DNA of 64,000 bases from Solirubrobacteraceae bacterium (GCA_035535075.1 DATLQS010000012.1:6494-70493), one strand, 5' to 3'; numbered from the stretch's first letter, positions 37,638 through 47,730 are shown. Notes: generated from the sequence alone by a model not told the origin. Numbers and translations: made by a program.

Positions 37638-37768
37638 TCCGGCGGCTCCTCATCAAAGATCCGCCGCCACATCACGGCGGCGGTTCTGCTCGAGACGATC
37701 GAGAACAGTGCACCCAACCCGGCGAGCAGCCCCGACCACATCAGCCGTTTGACGAGGTCGTTGTCCAC
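37634..37768 (-). CDS. unlisted 44-codon ORF, DUF4235-like small membrane protein (tentative)
   Basis: My translation: VDNDLVKRLMWSGLLAGLGALFSIVSSRTAAVMWRRIFDEEPPE. It is below the ORF-track size cut-off. Its TGA overlaps the GTG of the next gene (GTGA). It starts 9 nt after the nitrilase-family stop. ATG 37741 is an alternative start. Confidence 0.35.
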   Translation of the reverse strand: MDNDLVKRLMWSGLLAGLGALFSIVSSRTAAVMWRRIFDEEPPE

Positions 37769-37776
37769 GGCGTCAG

Positions 37777-38637
37777 TCAATCAGATCGAGCCGACGAGCG
37801 TTCAGGCCAGTCGTAGGCCGTCGGGCGCCGGTTGGCCAGCGACGGCAATGACTCGCGGATCGCGTCGAGCCTGGCGAGATCCAGCTCGGCGACGATCACC
37901 CCGACGCTGTCGCCGGCCTGCGCCAGCACCACGCCCCATGGGTCGACGATCATCGAGCGCCCGCCGCTATGGCGCCCCGGTTCGTTTTCGCCGATCTGGT
38001 TGGCGGCGATCACGAACGCCTGGTTTTCGATCGCCCGCGCGCGCAGCAGCGTCTCCCAGTGGTCGCGCGTCGTCGGCAGCGTGAACGCGGCCGGGACCAC
38101 GAGCACGCGCGCACCGCGCAGCGCCAAGATCCGGTACAGCTCGGGGAAACGGAGGTCGTAGCAGATCGTCATTCCCAGCTCGAGGCCGCCGTCGGTCCGC
38201 GTCACGACGATCTCATCGCCGGGCTCCTCGTATTCGGACTCCCGGTATGCGAGCCCGTCGATCGTCACGTCGAACATGTGGATCTTGCGGTAGACGGCGC
38301 GGATCTCACCGTCGGGGGACACGTGCACCGAGGTGTTGTGGCGCAGCCCGTCGTCCGTCAGCTCGGTGAACGAGCCGGCCAGCAAGTCGATCTCGAGCTC
38401 GCGCGCGCACTCGCGCGCCCACGTCATCGCCGGACCGTCGATCGCCTCCGCACAGGCGTGCTGCTGGACGCCGCTGCCCAGCAGGGGCCACTTCTCGGGC
38501 AGCACGACCAGCCGGGCGCCGCGCGCGGCGGCCTCGCGCACCAGACGATCAGCCGCCGCGAGGTTCGCGGCCCGGTCCGCCGTCGCATTCAGCTGCACCG
38601 CGGCGACACGCAGGGTCTCGAGCGGGTCGTCGGTCAC
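37777..38637 (-). CDS. carbon-nitrogen hydrolase (nitrilase superfamily) protein
   Basis: 286 aa: LRVAAVQL ... LVVLPEKW (Glu), YRKIHMFD (Lys), GMTICYDLRFPE (Cys). Confidence 0.88.
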   Translation of the reverse strand: MTDDPLETLRVAAVQLNATADRAANLAAADRLVREAAARGARLVVLPEKWPLLGSGVQQHACAEAIDGPAMTWARECARELEIDLLAGSFTELTDDGLRHNTSVHVSPDGEIRAVYRKIHMFDVTIDGLAYRESEYEEPGDEIVVTRTDGGLELGMTICYDLRFPELYRILALRGARVLVVPAAFTLPTTRDHWETLLRARAIENQAFVIAANQIGENEPGRHSGGRSMIVDPWGVVLAQAGDSVGVIVAELDLARLDAIRESLPSLANRRPTAYDWPERSSARSD

Positions 38638-38694
38638 CGCGACACCGGCCGGTCGGTCATCCCGCCACTGTAGAGGCTGGCCGGCGTCGTGTCG

Positions 38695-39417
38695 CTAGCC
38701 ACTGAAACGCGCGCCCAGTCGTGCGTACAGCGCACGCACCTCGGCGAAGATCGCGTCGGCGACCTCCTGCTGGCGTTCGCGCGTCGCCTCCGGCTCGCGC
38801 TCGAAGTGCAGCGGCTCGCCGTACTGGACGCGCACTCGCGGGAACCGCAGCCGCTTCCAGTTGCGAATCTTCGCCGAGCCGTGGATCGCGATCGGCACGA
38901 CCGGCGCGCCGCTGTCCAGCACCAGCCGCCCGATCCCGGGCTTCGCCTGCTCCGCCAGCTCCCCGGTGCGCGATCGGCCGCCCTCCGGGTACATCGCCAC
39001 CACCCCACCGTGTTCGAGGATCGACTCCGCCGTGATGAACGCCTCGTTGTCGCGCGCCCCGCGCCGCACCGGGAACACGCCGCCCTGCAGGTACACCCAC
39101 CGCGCCCACCTGGTGAACAGCTGCGATTTCGCCATGAACCGCACCTTGCGGCGGATGAAGATGCCGATCAGGAAGTGATCCATGTAGGAGAAGTGGTTCG
39201 GCGCCAGGATCGCCGCGCCGGTCTCGGGAACGTTCTGCGCGGCGATCACGCGCGCGCGCAGCAGGGTCAGCGCGTAGAGCGCGCTGAACACGCGCACGAG
39301 GTCGTAGACGAAGCTCGGCCGTCGCGCGCGCGCACGCGCGTGGAAGCGGTCGAAGTGCTCTTTCGGCCGCGGGTCCGTGTAGACCTGCGCCTTTAGGCTC
39401 GAGAGCTTCTCGCTCAC
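38695..39417 (-). CDS. plsC: 1-acyl-sn-glycerol-3-phosphate acyltransferase
   Basis: GTG 39417. LAPNHFSYMDHF (HX4D) and MYPEGGRSRTG. The remainder of listed ORF 38695..40671 is antisense to bioB. Confidence 0.85.
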   Translation of the reverse strand: MSEKLSSLKAQVYTDPRPKEHFDRFHARARARRPSFVYDLVRVFSALYALTLLRARVIAAQNVPETGAAILAPNHFSYMDHFLIGIFIRRKVRFMAKSQLFTRWARWVYLQGGVFPVRRGARDNEAFITAESILEHGGVVAMYPEGGRSRTGELAEQAKPGIGRLVLDSGAPVVPIAIHGSAKIRNWKRLRFPRVRVQYGEPLHFEREPEATRERQQEVADAIFAEVRALYARLGARFSG

Positions 39418-39522
39418 GCCGCAGAGCTTATCCCGACGCTCGAAAGATCCCCGGCCCGACTGGGCGAGGGTGGTCGGCGTGCCGGCGGGCACGTCGGCAG
39501 CGGGAGCTATTGTCCGCAGGCG

Positions 39523-39735
39523 GTGGCCGAGGTCCCAGCGCATATCACGGGCGTCGTCTGGAAGATCGCGTGCGCGGTCGGGGACCAGGTCGCCGAGGGC
39601 GACACGGTCGTCGTATTGGAGTCGATGAAGATGGAGATGCCGGTGGAGGCCGAGGACGCGGGCACGGTGACGGAGATCCGCTGCGAAGAGGGGCAGGCCG
39701 TCCACGAAGGCGACACGCTGGTCGTGCTCGAGTAG
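39523..39735 (+). CDS. stand-alone biotinyl/lipoyl-domain protein (BCCP-like, 70 aa)
   Basis: GVVWKIACAVGDQVAEGDTVVVLESMKMEMPVEAEDAGTV with the biotinylation motif E-S-M-K-M. Ends 15 nt before bioB. Confidence 0.8.
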   Translation: MAEVPAHITGVVWKIACAVGDQVAEGDTVVVLESMKMEMPVEAEDAGTVTEIRCEEGQAVHEGDTLVVLE

Positions 39736-39750
39736 GGTGCGGAGTCGGCG

Positions 39751-40866
39751 ATGCCCCCGTTGATCACGCGAGAGGAAGCGCTCGAGCTCGGCGAGTTGAG
39801 CGACCACGGCGAGATCGAGGCGTTGATCGAGCGCGCCTGGCATGCGCGGGTCGAGCGCTTCGGCGACTCGACCGACATGTGCTCGCTGGTCAACGCGAAG
39901 TCCGGCGGCTGTGCCGAGGACTGCGGCTTCTGCGCCCAGTCGCGCTTCGCGGACGCTGACACGCCGATGCACGCGATGATGGAGCCCGAGCAGATGCTCG
40001 AGCACGCGCGGGCCGCCGAGGCGGCCGGTGCGCACCGTTTCTGCATGGTCGCGCAGGGCCAGGGCCTTTCCAAGCGCGACTTCGAGAAGGTGCTGGCCGG
40101 CGCCCGGCTGGTCGCCGAGCACACGAACCTCAAGCGCTGCGCCTCGATCGGGCACATGTCCGTCGAGCGCGCCAAGGCACTGCGCGAGGCTGGGATCCAG
40201 CGCGTGCATCACAACGTCGAGTCCGCCGAGAGCTTCTACCCCGAGGTCTCGAGCACGGTGCGCTACGAGGGGCGGCTGCGGACGATCGAGGCGGTCCGCG
40301 AGGCCGGTCTCGAGACCTGCGTCGGCGGCATCCTCAACCTCGGCGAGACGCGCGAGCAGCGCGTCGAGATGGCGTTCGAGCTCTCCGCGATCAACCCGAC
40401 CAGCGTCCCGATCAACCTCCTGATCCCCCGCGCGGGCACCAAGTTCGGGGAACGCGAGCTGATGGACCCGTGGGAGGCGGTCAAATGGGTCGCGATCTTC
40501 CGCCTGATCCTCCCGGAGGCGCTGTTCCGGCTGTGCGGCGGGCGGATCGAGAACCTCGGCGAACTGGCGCCGCAGGCGGTCCGCGCCGGGCTCAACGGCG
40601 TGATGATGGGCAACTTCCTGACCGCGCTGGGCGCGACGCCGGCCGAGGACCGGGAGATGTTCGAACGCCACGGCCTCAACGTCGCACGGCAGCCCGACAA
40701 CGGCGCCAATCCGCGTCCCGACAATCGGTCCGGCTGGCTCGCGGGCGACACCCCCGACGTGATCGAGCGCTACCTCGACGAGGACAGCGAACTGCCCCTC
40801 CGGCTATGGGATCCCTCGACGCAGCTCCGCTACCGCTCGCGACGGACCCCGGAGCCGGCCCCATGA
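39751..40866 (+). CDS. bioB: biotin synthase (with about 50-aa C-terminal extension)
   Basis: 371 aa with radical-SAM GGCAEDCGFCAQS, HNVESAESFYPEV and GGILNLGET. Confidence 0.93.
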   Translation: MPPLITREEALELGELSDHGEIEALIERAWHARVERFGDSTDMCSLVNAKSGGCAEDCGFCAQSRFADADTPMHAMMEPEQMLEHARAAEAAGAHRFCMVAQGQGLSKRDFEKVLAGARLVAEHTNLKRCASIGHMSVERAKALREAGIQRVHHNVESAESFYPEVSSTVRYEGRLRTIEAVREAGLETCVGGILNLGETREQRVEMAFELSAINPTSVPINLLIPRAGTKFGERELMDPWEAVKWVAIFRLILPEALFRLCGGRIENLGELAPQAVRAGLNGVMMGNFLTALGATPAEDREMFERHGLNVARQPDNGANPRPDNRSGWLAGDTPDVIERYLDEDSELPLRLWDPSTQLRYRSRRTPEPAP

Positions 40867-42071
40867 CGGACATCGCCGCCCGGTTGGCGCAACTGCGCGA
40901 GGCGAGCCTCGACCGCCGCACGCGGCTGATCAGCGGCCCGCAGGGTCCCCGCGTGATGCTCGACGGGACGCCCGTGCTGCTGCTGTGCTCGAACAACTAC
41001 CTCGGTCTGGCCGACCACCCACGGGTGCGCGAGGCGGCCGCCGACGCGGCGATGCGCTGGGGTGTCGGCGCCGGCGCCTCGCGCCTGGTGTCCGGCACGA
41101 TGACGATCCACGAACGGCTCGAGCGCTGCCTGGCGGAGTTCGAGGGCACCGAGTCGTGCCTGCTCTACGGCTCTGGCTATCTCGCGAACATCGGCGTGCT
41201 CACGACGCTCGGGCGCGCCGGACAGACGATCTTCTCCGACGCCCTCAATCACGCCTCGATCATCGACGGCTGCCGGCTCGCGCGTGCCGACACGGTCGTC
41301 TACGGCCACTGCGATCTCGAACACCTGCAGTGGGCGCTGCGTGAGCGTGGACGCGAGGGCGACGTGATCGTCACCGACTCGGTCTTCTCGATGGATGGCG
41401 ACGTCGCCCCGCTCGCCGGAATCGTCGCGCTGGCCCGCCAGCACGGTGCGCTCGTCGTCGTCGACGAGGCCCACGCAACCGGCACGCTCGGCCCTGGCGG
41501 GCGCGGCGCGATCGCGGAGGCCGGGCTCGAGGGCGAGGTCGACGTGCTCGTCGGCACCCTCAGCAAGGCGCTCGGCTCCTACGGCGGCTACGTCTGCGCC
41601 AGGCACGAGATCGTCGAGCTGCTCGTCAACAGCTCGCGTTCGCTGATCTACTCCACCGCGCCGCCACCGCCCGCCGTGGCGGGCGCCCTCGCGGCGCTCG
41701 AGCTGCTGATCGAGCAGCCGCTGCGCCCCGAGAAGCTCCAGTCGACCGCCGAGCTGCTGCGCCGGCAGCTCATGGCTGCCGGGATGCCGGCGCCGAGCGG
41801 ACGCACCCCGATCATCCCGCTGATCGTCGGCGATGCCGACGTGGCCGTGCGCCTGTCGGATGCCGCGCTGGCGCGCGGCGTCTTCGCGCAGGCGATCCGC
41901 CCGCCGACCGTGCCCGCAGGCAGCTCGCGTCTGCGGCTGACCGTGATGGCGTCGCACACCGCCACCGAGCTCGCCGGCGCCGTCGCGGCGCTGAGCGACG
42001 CCGCGCACGAGGTCGGCGTGACGTTCGCTCCGGTCCCGGGCGCCGCGGAGCCTGTCGCCCGCGCCGCATAA
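40863..42071 (+). CDS. bioF: 8-amino-7-oxononanoate synthase
   Basis: ATG 40863 overlaps the bioB stop (ATGA). [33 protein letters not shown] and [14 protein letters not shown]. Confidence 0.9.
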   Translation: MTDIAARLAQLREASLDRRTRLISGPQGPRVMLDGTPVLLLCSNNYLGLADHPRVREAAADAAMRWGVGAGASRLVSGTMTIHERLERCLAEFEGTESCLLYGSGYLANIGVLTTLGRAGQTIFSDALNHASIIDGCRLARADTVVYGHCDLEHLQWALRERGREGDVIVTDSVFSMDGDVAPLAGIVALARQHGALVVVDEAHATGTLGPGGRGAIAEAGLEGEVDVLVGTLSKALGSYGGYVCARHEIVELLVNSSRSLIYSTAPPPPAVAGALAALELLIEQPLRPEKLQSTAELLRRQLMAAGMPAPSGRTPIIPLIVGDADVAVRLSDAALARGVFAQAIRPPTVPAGSSRLRLTVMASHTATELAGAVAALSDAAHEVGVTFAPVPGAAEPVARAA

Positions 42072-42079
42072 GGCGCCGA

Positions 42080-42748
42080 GTGCTTCGCGGCTGCTTCGTC
42101 ACCGCCACCGACACCGGCGTCGGCAAGACGGTTCTCGCCGGCGCGCTGGTCGCCGGCCTGCGCGCCCGCGGCGTGCAGGTGCGCGCGCGCAAGCCGGTGA
42201 TCACGGGCGTCGACGAGGGCGATCACGGCGCGCTGCCCGACCACGAGCTGCTCGCCTCACTCAGCGGTGAGCCGCCCGAAGCGGTTTCCCCGGCGCGCTA
42301 CGGTCCGGCGGTCTCACCCCATCTCGCCGCCGAGCTCGCCGGCGAGGCGATCGACGTCGCGGCGCTGCTCGACGACGCGCGCGCAAGCGGCCCGGTGATC
42401 GTCGAGGGGATCGGCGGCCTGCTCGTCCCGCTGGCCGAGGGCTGGGATGTGCGCCGGTTCGCCCGCGAGCTCGGGCTCGGCGTGGTGGTCGCGGCGCGTC
42501 CGGGGCTTGGAACCATCAACCACACCCTGCTCACTATCGAGGCCGCGCGATCGGTCGGCCTCGATCTGCGCGCGGTCGTGATGACGCCGTGGCCCGCTGA
42601 CCCCGGCGTACTCGAGCGATCCAACCTGGCGACGGTCGAGCGGCTTGGCCTGGTCGAGGTCGCCACGCTGGCGATGGTGCCCGAGCTCAGCGCCGCCGCT
42701 CTGGCGAGCGCCGCTGCCTTGCTGCCCTACGACCGTTGGCTGGCGTGA
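42080..42748 (+). CDS. bioD: dethiobiotin synthase
   Basis: 222 aa with a GTG start: FVTATDTGVGKT P-loop and VIVEGIGGLLVPL. Confidence 0.9.
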   Translation: MLRGCFVTATDTGVGKTVLAGALVAGLRARGVQVRARKPVITGVDEGDHGALPDHELLASLSGEPPEAVSPARYGPAVSPHLAAELAGEAIDVAALLDDARASGPVIVEGIGGLLVPLAEGWDVRRFARELGLGVVVAARPGLGTINHTLLTIEAARSVGLDLRAVVMTPWPADPGVLERSNLATVERLGLVEVATLAMVPELSAAALASAAALLPYDRWLA

Positions 42749-43146
42749 GCGCCGCGGCGCAGGCGCAGCCGCGCCGGGCCGCCGTTGAGTGCCCGGCGCC
42801 GGCGCCGAATCAGGGCCCGGCCGACGACGAGCGCAGCCAGTGACCCTGCGGCGATCGTGCCGAGCGCCACGCGACCATCGTCGATTGCTTCAAAGCGCGT
42901 GCCCTCGGGCCCGATCTCGATGAACCCGACCGGCCGCGCATCGAGCGCGCCCCCGCCGCCGCCCCCGGAGCGCTGACGCCCGAGCGGCTCACCGCCGAAA
43001 CCGTAGCCCCCGGCCGTTCGCACGCTCGCAACCGGGATGACCGTGCGACCCTTGACCTCGACCGGACGGCCGAAGCACAGGCGTGCGCCGGTCAGCCGCG
43101 CAAGCACACGCTGTGCCGGCGGTACCGCCTGTGCGGATTTGCTCAC
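42727..43146 (-). CDS. GerW/YtfJ (sporulation protein YtfJ) family protein
   Basis: 139 aa: FGRPVEVKGRTVIPVASV ... GGYGFGG ... GGGGGGALDARPVGFIEIGPEG plus a C-terminal TM. Its 3' end overlaps bioD by 22 nt (convergent). Confidence 0.6.
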   Translation of the reverse strand: MSKSAQAVPPAQRVLARLTGARLCFGRPVEVKGRTVIPVASVRTAGGYGFGGEPLGRQRSGGGGGGALDARPVGFIEIGPEGTRFEAIDDGRVALGTIAAGSLAALVVGRALIRRRRRALNGGPARLRLRRGAHASQRS

Positions 43147-43148
43147 CG

Positions 43149-43337
43149 TCAGTCTTCGTAAGGGGTGAAGTCACGCTTGCGCGCGCCGCAGACCGGACAG
43201 AACCATGTGTCGGGGATGTCCTCGAACGCCGTCCCCGGCGGAATCCCGCCGTCGGGGTCGCCGTCGGCGACGTCATAGATGTAGCCGCACGACTCGCAGT
43301 GCCAGCGCTGAACGGACCGGAGGGCCGCGGTCGACAT
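43149..43337 (-). CDS. rubredoxin
   Basis: 62 aa: [11 protein letters not shown] ... [13 protein letters not shown] (two CxxC pairs). Confidence 0.92.
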   Translation of the reverse strand: MSTAALRSVQRWHCESCGYIYDVADGDPDGGIPPGTAFEDIPDTWFCPVCGARKRDFTPYED

Positions 43338-43705
43338 GCCGCAAGCTTAGAGGTCGCACCGGCGCTGCGCGTCGGGGTCGCGTCGATCAAACGGCGAGTG
43401 CCAGCCTCTGGACGGACGTTTCGGAGTGTGGTACGTCGCGAGCCTGCGGCTAACGCTGCGTCAAGTTCGTGCCGATAACCACTTGCATCCGCGGGCGTGA
43501 TTCTCGGTGGTCGAGCACGGGGGCTCGGACGGGAAGCACTGCGGCGAGCAGCCGCCGGCCTCCCGAATGAGTTGCCGGCCCACAAAGCGGAGCCGGCGAT
43601 GCGCGAGATCGAACAATATCGGCGGGCGCAGCCCGCAAATGAGCAGGCGATGCGATCGCCCGTCGGGGGCGTCGTGGGTCAATCCGGCCCGCGCAGCGTG
43701 GCGCC

Positions 43706-46444
43706 GTGAGCAGCACGCGCGAGCAGCAGCAGCGTAGCTCGTGGGGGCCGGAGCGCGAGAGCTATTTCGCCGCGGCATTCTCGGCGTCGCTCGACGCGAT
43801 CTTCGTGATCGACGACGATCGCTACATCGTCGACGCGAATCCCGCCGCCTACGAGCTGCTCCATATCGACGTGCACCCGCTGATCGGGCGACGCATGGAT
43901 GACTTCGCCCCGCCGATGACCGACGAGCTGATGGCGAGCACGTGGGCGGCGTTCCTGCTCAACGGCCACGACCAGGGCGAATACGAGCTGCTGCGCGACG
44001 ACGGCTCGCGCCTGGCGATGTCCTACACCGCCACCGCCCGGGTGGCCCCGGGCCGCCACTTCACGATCCTGCGCGACATCACCGAGCACAAGCTGGCCGA
44101 AGAGCTGATCGAGCGCCAGTGGCGCCGGCTCCTCGAAGCCCAGGCCATCGCGGGCATCGGCACCTGGGACTGCGACGTGTCCACCGGCAAGGTGGACTGG
44201 TCGTCCGAGCTCTACCGCGCCTACGGAGTCGAGCCCGGGCGCGAGCTCACCGTCGCGGACCTGATCGTGCTGATCCATCCGGATGACCGTGACGCCGTGC
44301 TGGCGACCCATCAGGCGGCCCGCGAAGACCACCGGCCGTTCGCCCACCAGTACCGGATCATCCGGGCGGACGGCGAGGCGCGCGTGATCGAGTCACGCGG
44401 AGAGGTCAGCGCCGAGCACGACGGCGGGCGGTTGCGAATGTTCGGAACCGCCCGCGATGTCACCGACCGCAAGCAGACCGAGGCGGAGCTGCGAAACGTC
44501 ACGACCGTGTTGGATGCCTCCGATGACGCGATCACCGCCTGTCTGCGGGACGGTGTCTTCGTCAGCTGGAACCGCGGTGCCGAGAAGCTCTACGGCTACA
44601 CCGCGGAGGAGGCGATCGGCCAGCCGCCCAGCCTGGTCGTACCACCCGAGGAGCGCGAGTCCATGGCCGCCAACTGGGAGCGGATCCTGCGGGGCGAGCG
44701 GGTCGAGGCCCTCGAGTCGCGTCGCGTCACCAAGGACGGGCGGGAGGTCGTCGTCGCGACCACGCTCTCGCCGATCATCGATGCCGGCGGGGAGATCATC
44801 GGTGTCGCCGCGATCGGCCGCGACATCACCGAGAGCAAGAACACCGAGTCCACGCTCGCCGCCGCGCACGCGAGGGCGGTCGAGGCGTCGGCGCTCAAGT
44901 CCCAGTTCATGGCGAACATGAACCACGAGCTGCGCACCCCGCTGAACGGCGTGATCGGGATCAGCGCCCTGCTGCTGCAGACCGAGCTCAGCGACGAGCA
45001 GGCGGAGTACGTCGACGCCCTGCGCGTATCCGGGGACGCGCTGATGGCGGTGATCGAAGACATCCTGGACTTCTCGAAGATCGAGGCCGGGAAGCTCGAG
45101 CTCGAAGACGAGCCGTTCGAGCTGCGGACGGTGGTCGAGGATGTCGCCTCGATGGTCGCCGTGGGTCAGCCCAGCCGCGGCGTCGAGGTGATCTCATCGG
45201 TTGACCCGACCCTGCCGGTCAACGTCTGGGGCGACGCCAATCGCGTTCGCCAGATCCTCACGAACCTCACCAACAACGCCGTCAAGTTCACCGAGGCGGG
45301 CGAGGTGACGGTCAACGTCAGCTGCCGCGACGAGACCGCGGACCGCGCCGAGTTGCGCTTCGAGGTCGTCGACACGGGAATCGGCATCGAAGCAGCCGCC
45401 CAGGAGACGATCTTCGAGTCCTTCGCGCAGGCCGACGGCTCGAACACCCGTCGCTACGGCGGCACCGGGCTCGGGCTCGCCATCGCCAAGCAGCTGGTCG
45501 CGCTGATGGGCGGCGAGATCGGGGTGCACAGCATCCGCGGCGAGGGCAGCACGTTCTGGTTCACGCTGCCGTTGCGCGTCGCGCCGTCCGAGCCGCCGCC
45601 GCCCCCTGACCCGGCGCTGCTGGGCCTGCGGGTGCTCGTCGTCGATGACAAGACCACGAACCGCGGCATCCTCGACCGCGAGCTTGCCAGCTGGGGCATG
45701 ACGGTCCACACCGCCGCGGACGGGCCCGCGGCGCTCGCCGCATTGCAGGTCGCGGAACGCGACGGCGATCCCTTCGCCCTCGTGCTGATCGACTTCAAGA
45801 TGCCCGGGATGAACGGCGGGGAGCTGGCCGTCGCGATCAGGGCCGATCCCGCGTTCAGCGCGACCACGCTCGTGATGATGGTTGCCGCGCGCGATACCCG
45901 CGCGGCGTCGTTGATCGCCGAGCTGGACGGCGTGGTGACCAAGCCGCTGCGTCAGGCGCGCCTCTATGACGAGATCGTGCGGGTGGTCGGAGCCGATCCC
46001 GCGAGCCCGTCGGACAGCGTGACCGCGGAACCCGGGCAACCGATGGTCGCCACCACCGCGCGGCGCGTTCTGGTCGCCGAGGACAATGTCGTCAATCAGC
46101 TCGTCGCGGTCCGCCTGCTGGAGAAGCGCGGCTACCAGGTCGACGTCGCGGCCGACGGCCGCGAGGCCGTCGAGATGCACGAGCGGTCCCCCTACGACGC
46201 GATCTTCATGGACTGCCAGATGCCCGAACTCGACGGCTATGAGGCGACCCGCGAGATCCGCCGCCGCGAGGGCAGCGCGCGGCACACGCCGATCATCGCG
46301 ATGACCGCCAGCACCATGCCCGGCGACACCGACCGCTGCCTCGCGGCCGGAATGGACTACTACAGCGGCAAGCCAATCAGCCAGGCCGGCCTCGACTACG
46401 TGCTCGCCCAGGCGTTCGGCCCCATGGCCTCGCGCGCCTACTAG
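43706..46444 (+). CDS. hybrid sensor histidine kinase: three PAS domains, HisKA, HATPase_c and two receiver domains
   Basis: 912 aa. H-box [12 protein letters not shown]; DTGIGI and GGTGLGLAI; REC1 [11 protein letters not shown] ... [11 protein letters not shown]; REC2 [11 protein letters not shown] ... [12 protein letters not shown]. Confidence 0.9.
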   Translation: MSSTREQQQRSSWGPERESYFAAAFSASLDAIFVIDDDRYIVDANPAAYELLHIDVHPLIGRRMDDFAPPMTDELMASTWAAFLLNGHDQGEYELLRDDGSRLAMSYTATARVAPGRHFTILRDITEHKLAEELIERQWRRLLEAQAIAGIGTWDCDVSTGKVDWSSELYRAYGVEPGRELTVADLIVLIHPDDRDAVLATHQAAREDHRPFAHQYRIIRADGEARVIESRGEVSAEHDGGRLRMFGTARDVTDRKQTEAELRNVTTVLDASDDAITACLRDGVFVSWNRGAEKLYGYTAEEAIGQPPSLVVPPEERESMAANWERILRGERVEALESRRVTKDGREVVVATTLSPIIDAGGEIIGVAAIGRDITESKNTESTLAAAHARAVEASALKSQFMANMNHELRTPLNGVIGISALLLQTELSDEQAEYVDALRVSGDALMAVIEDILDFSKIEAGKLELEDEPFELRTVVEDVASMVAVGQPSRGVEVISSVDPTLPVNVWGDANRVRQILTNLTNNAVKFTEAGEVTVNVSCRDETADRAELRFEVVDTGIGIEAAAQETIFESFAQADGSNTRRYGGTGLGLAIAKQLVALMGGEIGVHSIRGEGSTFWFTLPLRVAPSEPPPPPDPALLGLRVLVVDDKTTNRGILDRELASWGMTVHTAADGPAALAALQVAERDGDPFALVLIDFKMPGMNGGELAVAIRADPAFSATTLVMMVAARDTRAASLIAELDGVVTKPLRQARLYDEIVRVVGADPASPSDSVTAEPGQPMVATTARRVLVAEDNVVNQLVAVRLLEKRGYQVDVAADGREAVEMHERSPYDAIFMDCQMPELDGYEATREIRRREGSARHTPIIAMTASTMPGDTDRCLAAGMDYYSGKPISQAGLDYVLAQAFGPMASRAY

Positions 46445-47631
46445 AGCGCCCGCCGGTAGCACGCGGCCAGGTCCTCGGCGCTCGGCGCCCGGGGGTTGAC
46501 CAGCGTGCAGGCGTCGCCCATCGCGCCCTCGACGAGCAATGCGATGCCCGCCTCGGGCACACCGACCTCTGACAGCCGCGTGGGCAGCCCGAGCGAGCGC
46601 ACGAGCTCACGGACGTGCGCCGCGAGCACCTCGCCGATGTCGCCACCGGCGGGGAGACCGAGCAGCTCACCGACATCGCGATAGCGCGCCGCGATGTCCT
46701 CGCCGCCGGCCGCGTTGTACTCGATGCTCACGGGCAGGTTGATCGCGTTGGCGATCCCATGCGGCACGTCGTAGCACGCACCACACGGATGCGAGAGCGA
46801 GTGCGCGATACCGAGTGCTCCGGAGGTCGTCGGAGCGATCGCCAGGGACGCCGCGATCAGCATGTTGCCACGCGCCGCGACATCATCCGGGCGGTGCACC
46901 GCCCGCTCGAGGTTGGCGCGGATCAGCCGCAGCGCGTGCAGCGCGCAGGCGTCGCCGTGCGGGTTCCAGTCGCGCGAGACGTAGCCCTCGATCGCGTGGG
47001 TCATCGCGTCCATGCCGGTCGCCGCCGCGATCGCGGGCGGCAACGTGGCGGTCGCCGCCGGATCGAGGATCGCCAGCCGCGGGATCAGCGGGAAGTCGGC
47101 GATCTGGTATTTCACGCGCGCCTCGCGATCCTTGATGACCGCGGCGAAGCTGACCTCGGAGCCGGTCCCGGCGGTGGTCGGGATGCACCCGAGCGGCGCC
47201 AGATCGAGCGCCCGGCCGTCACCGTCGCCGGCGCGCGGCAGCCCGTAGAAGCCCTCCCAGTCGCGGGCCGCTCCGCCGTGGGTGAACAGCACGTTGGCGA
47301 CCTTGGCGCTGTCCATGACCGAGCCGCCGCCGACGGCGAGGAACGCGTCGGCTCCGGTTTCGCCGGCGAGCTCCGCGATCGCCGCGACGACGCTGCCGCC
47401 GGAGTCCTGGGGCACCTCGTCGAAGATCCCGGTCAGCGCCAAACCACCGGCGGTCACGCCCTCGGCCACGCGATCGACGAGTCCGGTCGCGCGGATCACG
47501 CTGTCGGTGACCAGCAGCACGCGGTGCGCGCCCTCCTTGGCGAACTCGAACCCGGCGGAAGCGAGCAGGTCGCGGCCGGCGATCACCCGGGTCGGCGCGG
47601 TGAACTGGTAGAAGTCCTTGAAGCCCGCCAT
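46441..47631 (-). CDS. iron-containing alcohol dehydrogenase
   Basis: Internal ATG 47631: FYQFTAPTRVIAG, AVGGGSVMDSAK and the His cluster HAIEGY ... HSLSHPCG. Its stop overlaps the kinase stop in a CTAG palindrome. Confidence 0.88.
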   Translation of the reverse strand: MAGFKDFYQFTAPTRVIAGRDLLASAGFEFAKEGAHRVLLVTDSVIRATGLVDRVAEGVTAGGLALTGIFDEVPQDSGGSVVAAIAELAGETGADAFLAVGGGSVMDSAKVANVLFTHGGAARDWEGFYGLPRAGDGDGRALDLAPLGCIPTTAGTGSEVSFAAVIKDREARVKYQIADFPLIPRLAILDPAATATLPPAIAAATGMDAMTHAIEGYVSRDWNPHGDACALHALRLIRANLERAVHRPDDVAARGNMLIAASLAIAPTTSGALGIAHSLSHPCGACYDVPHGIANAINLPVSIEYNAAGGEDIAARYRDVGELLGLPAGGDIGEVLAAHVRELVRSLGLPTRLSEVGVPEAGIALLVEGAMGDACTLVNPRAPSAEDLAACYRRAL

Positions 47632-47730
47632 CTGACGGTCATCGGCGGGCTCCGCCACGCTAGTGGCCCCCGCCGGCAACTCGCGCGCGCAGCGCCGCCG
47701 GCGAGTCCGTCGGTGGGCTCCGGCGCATCG

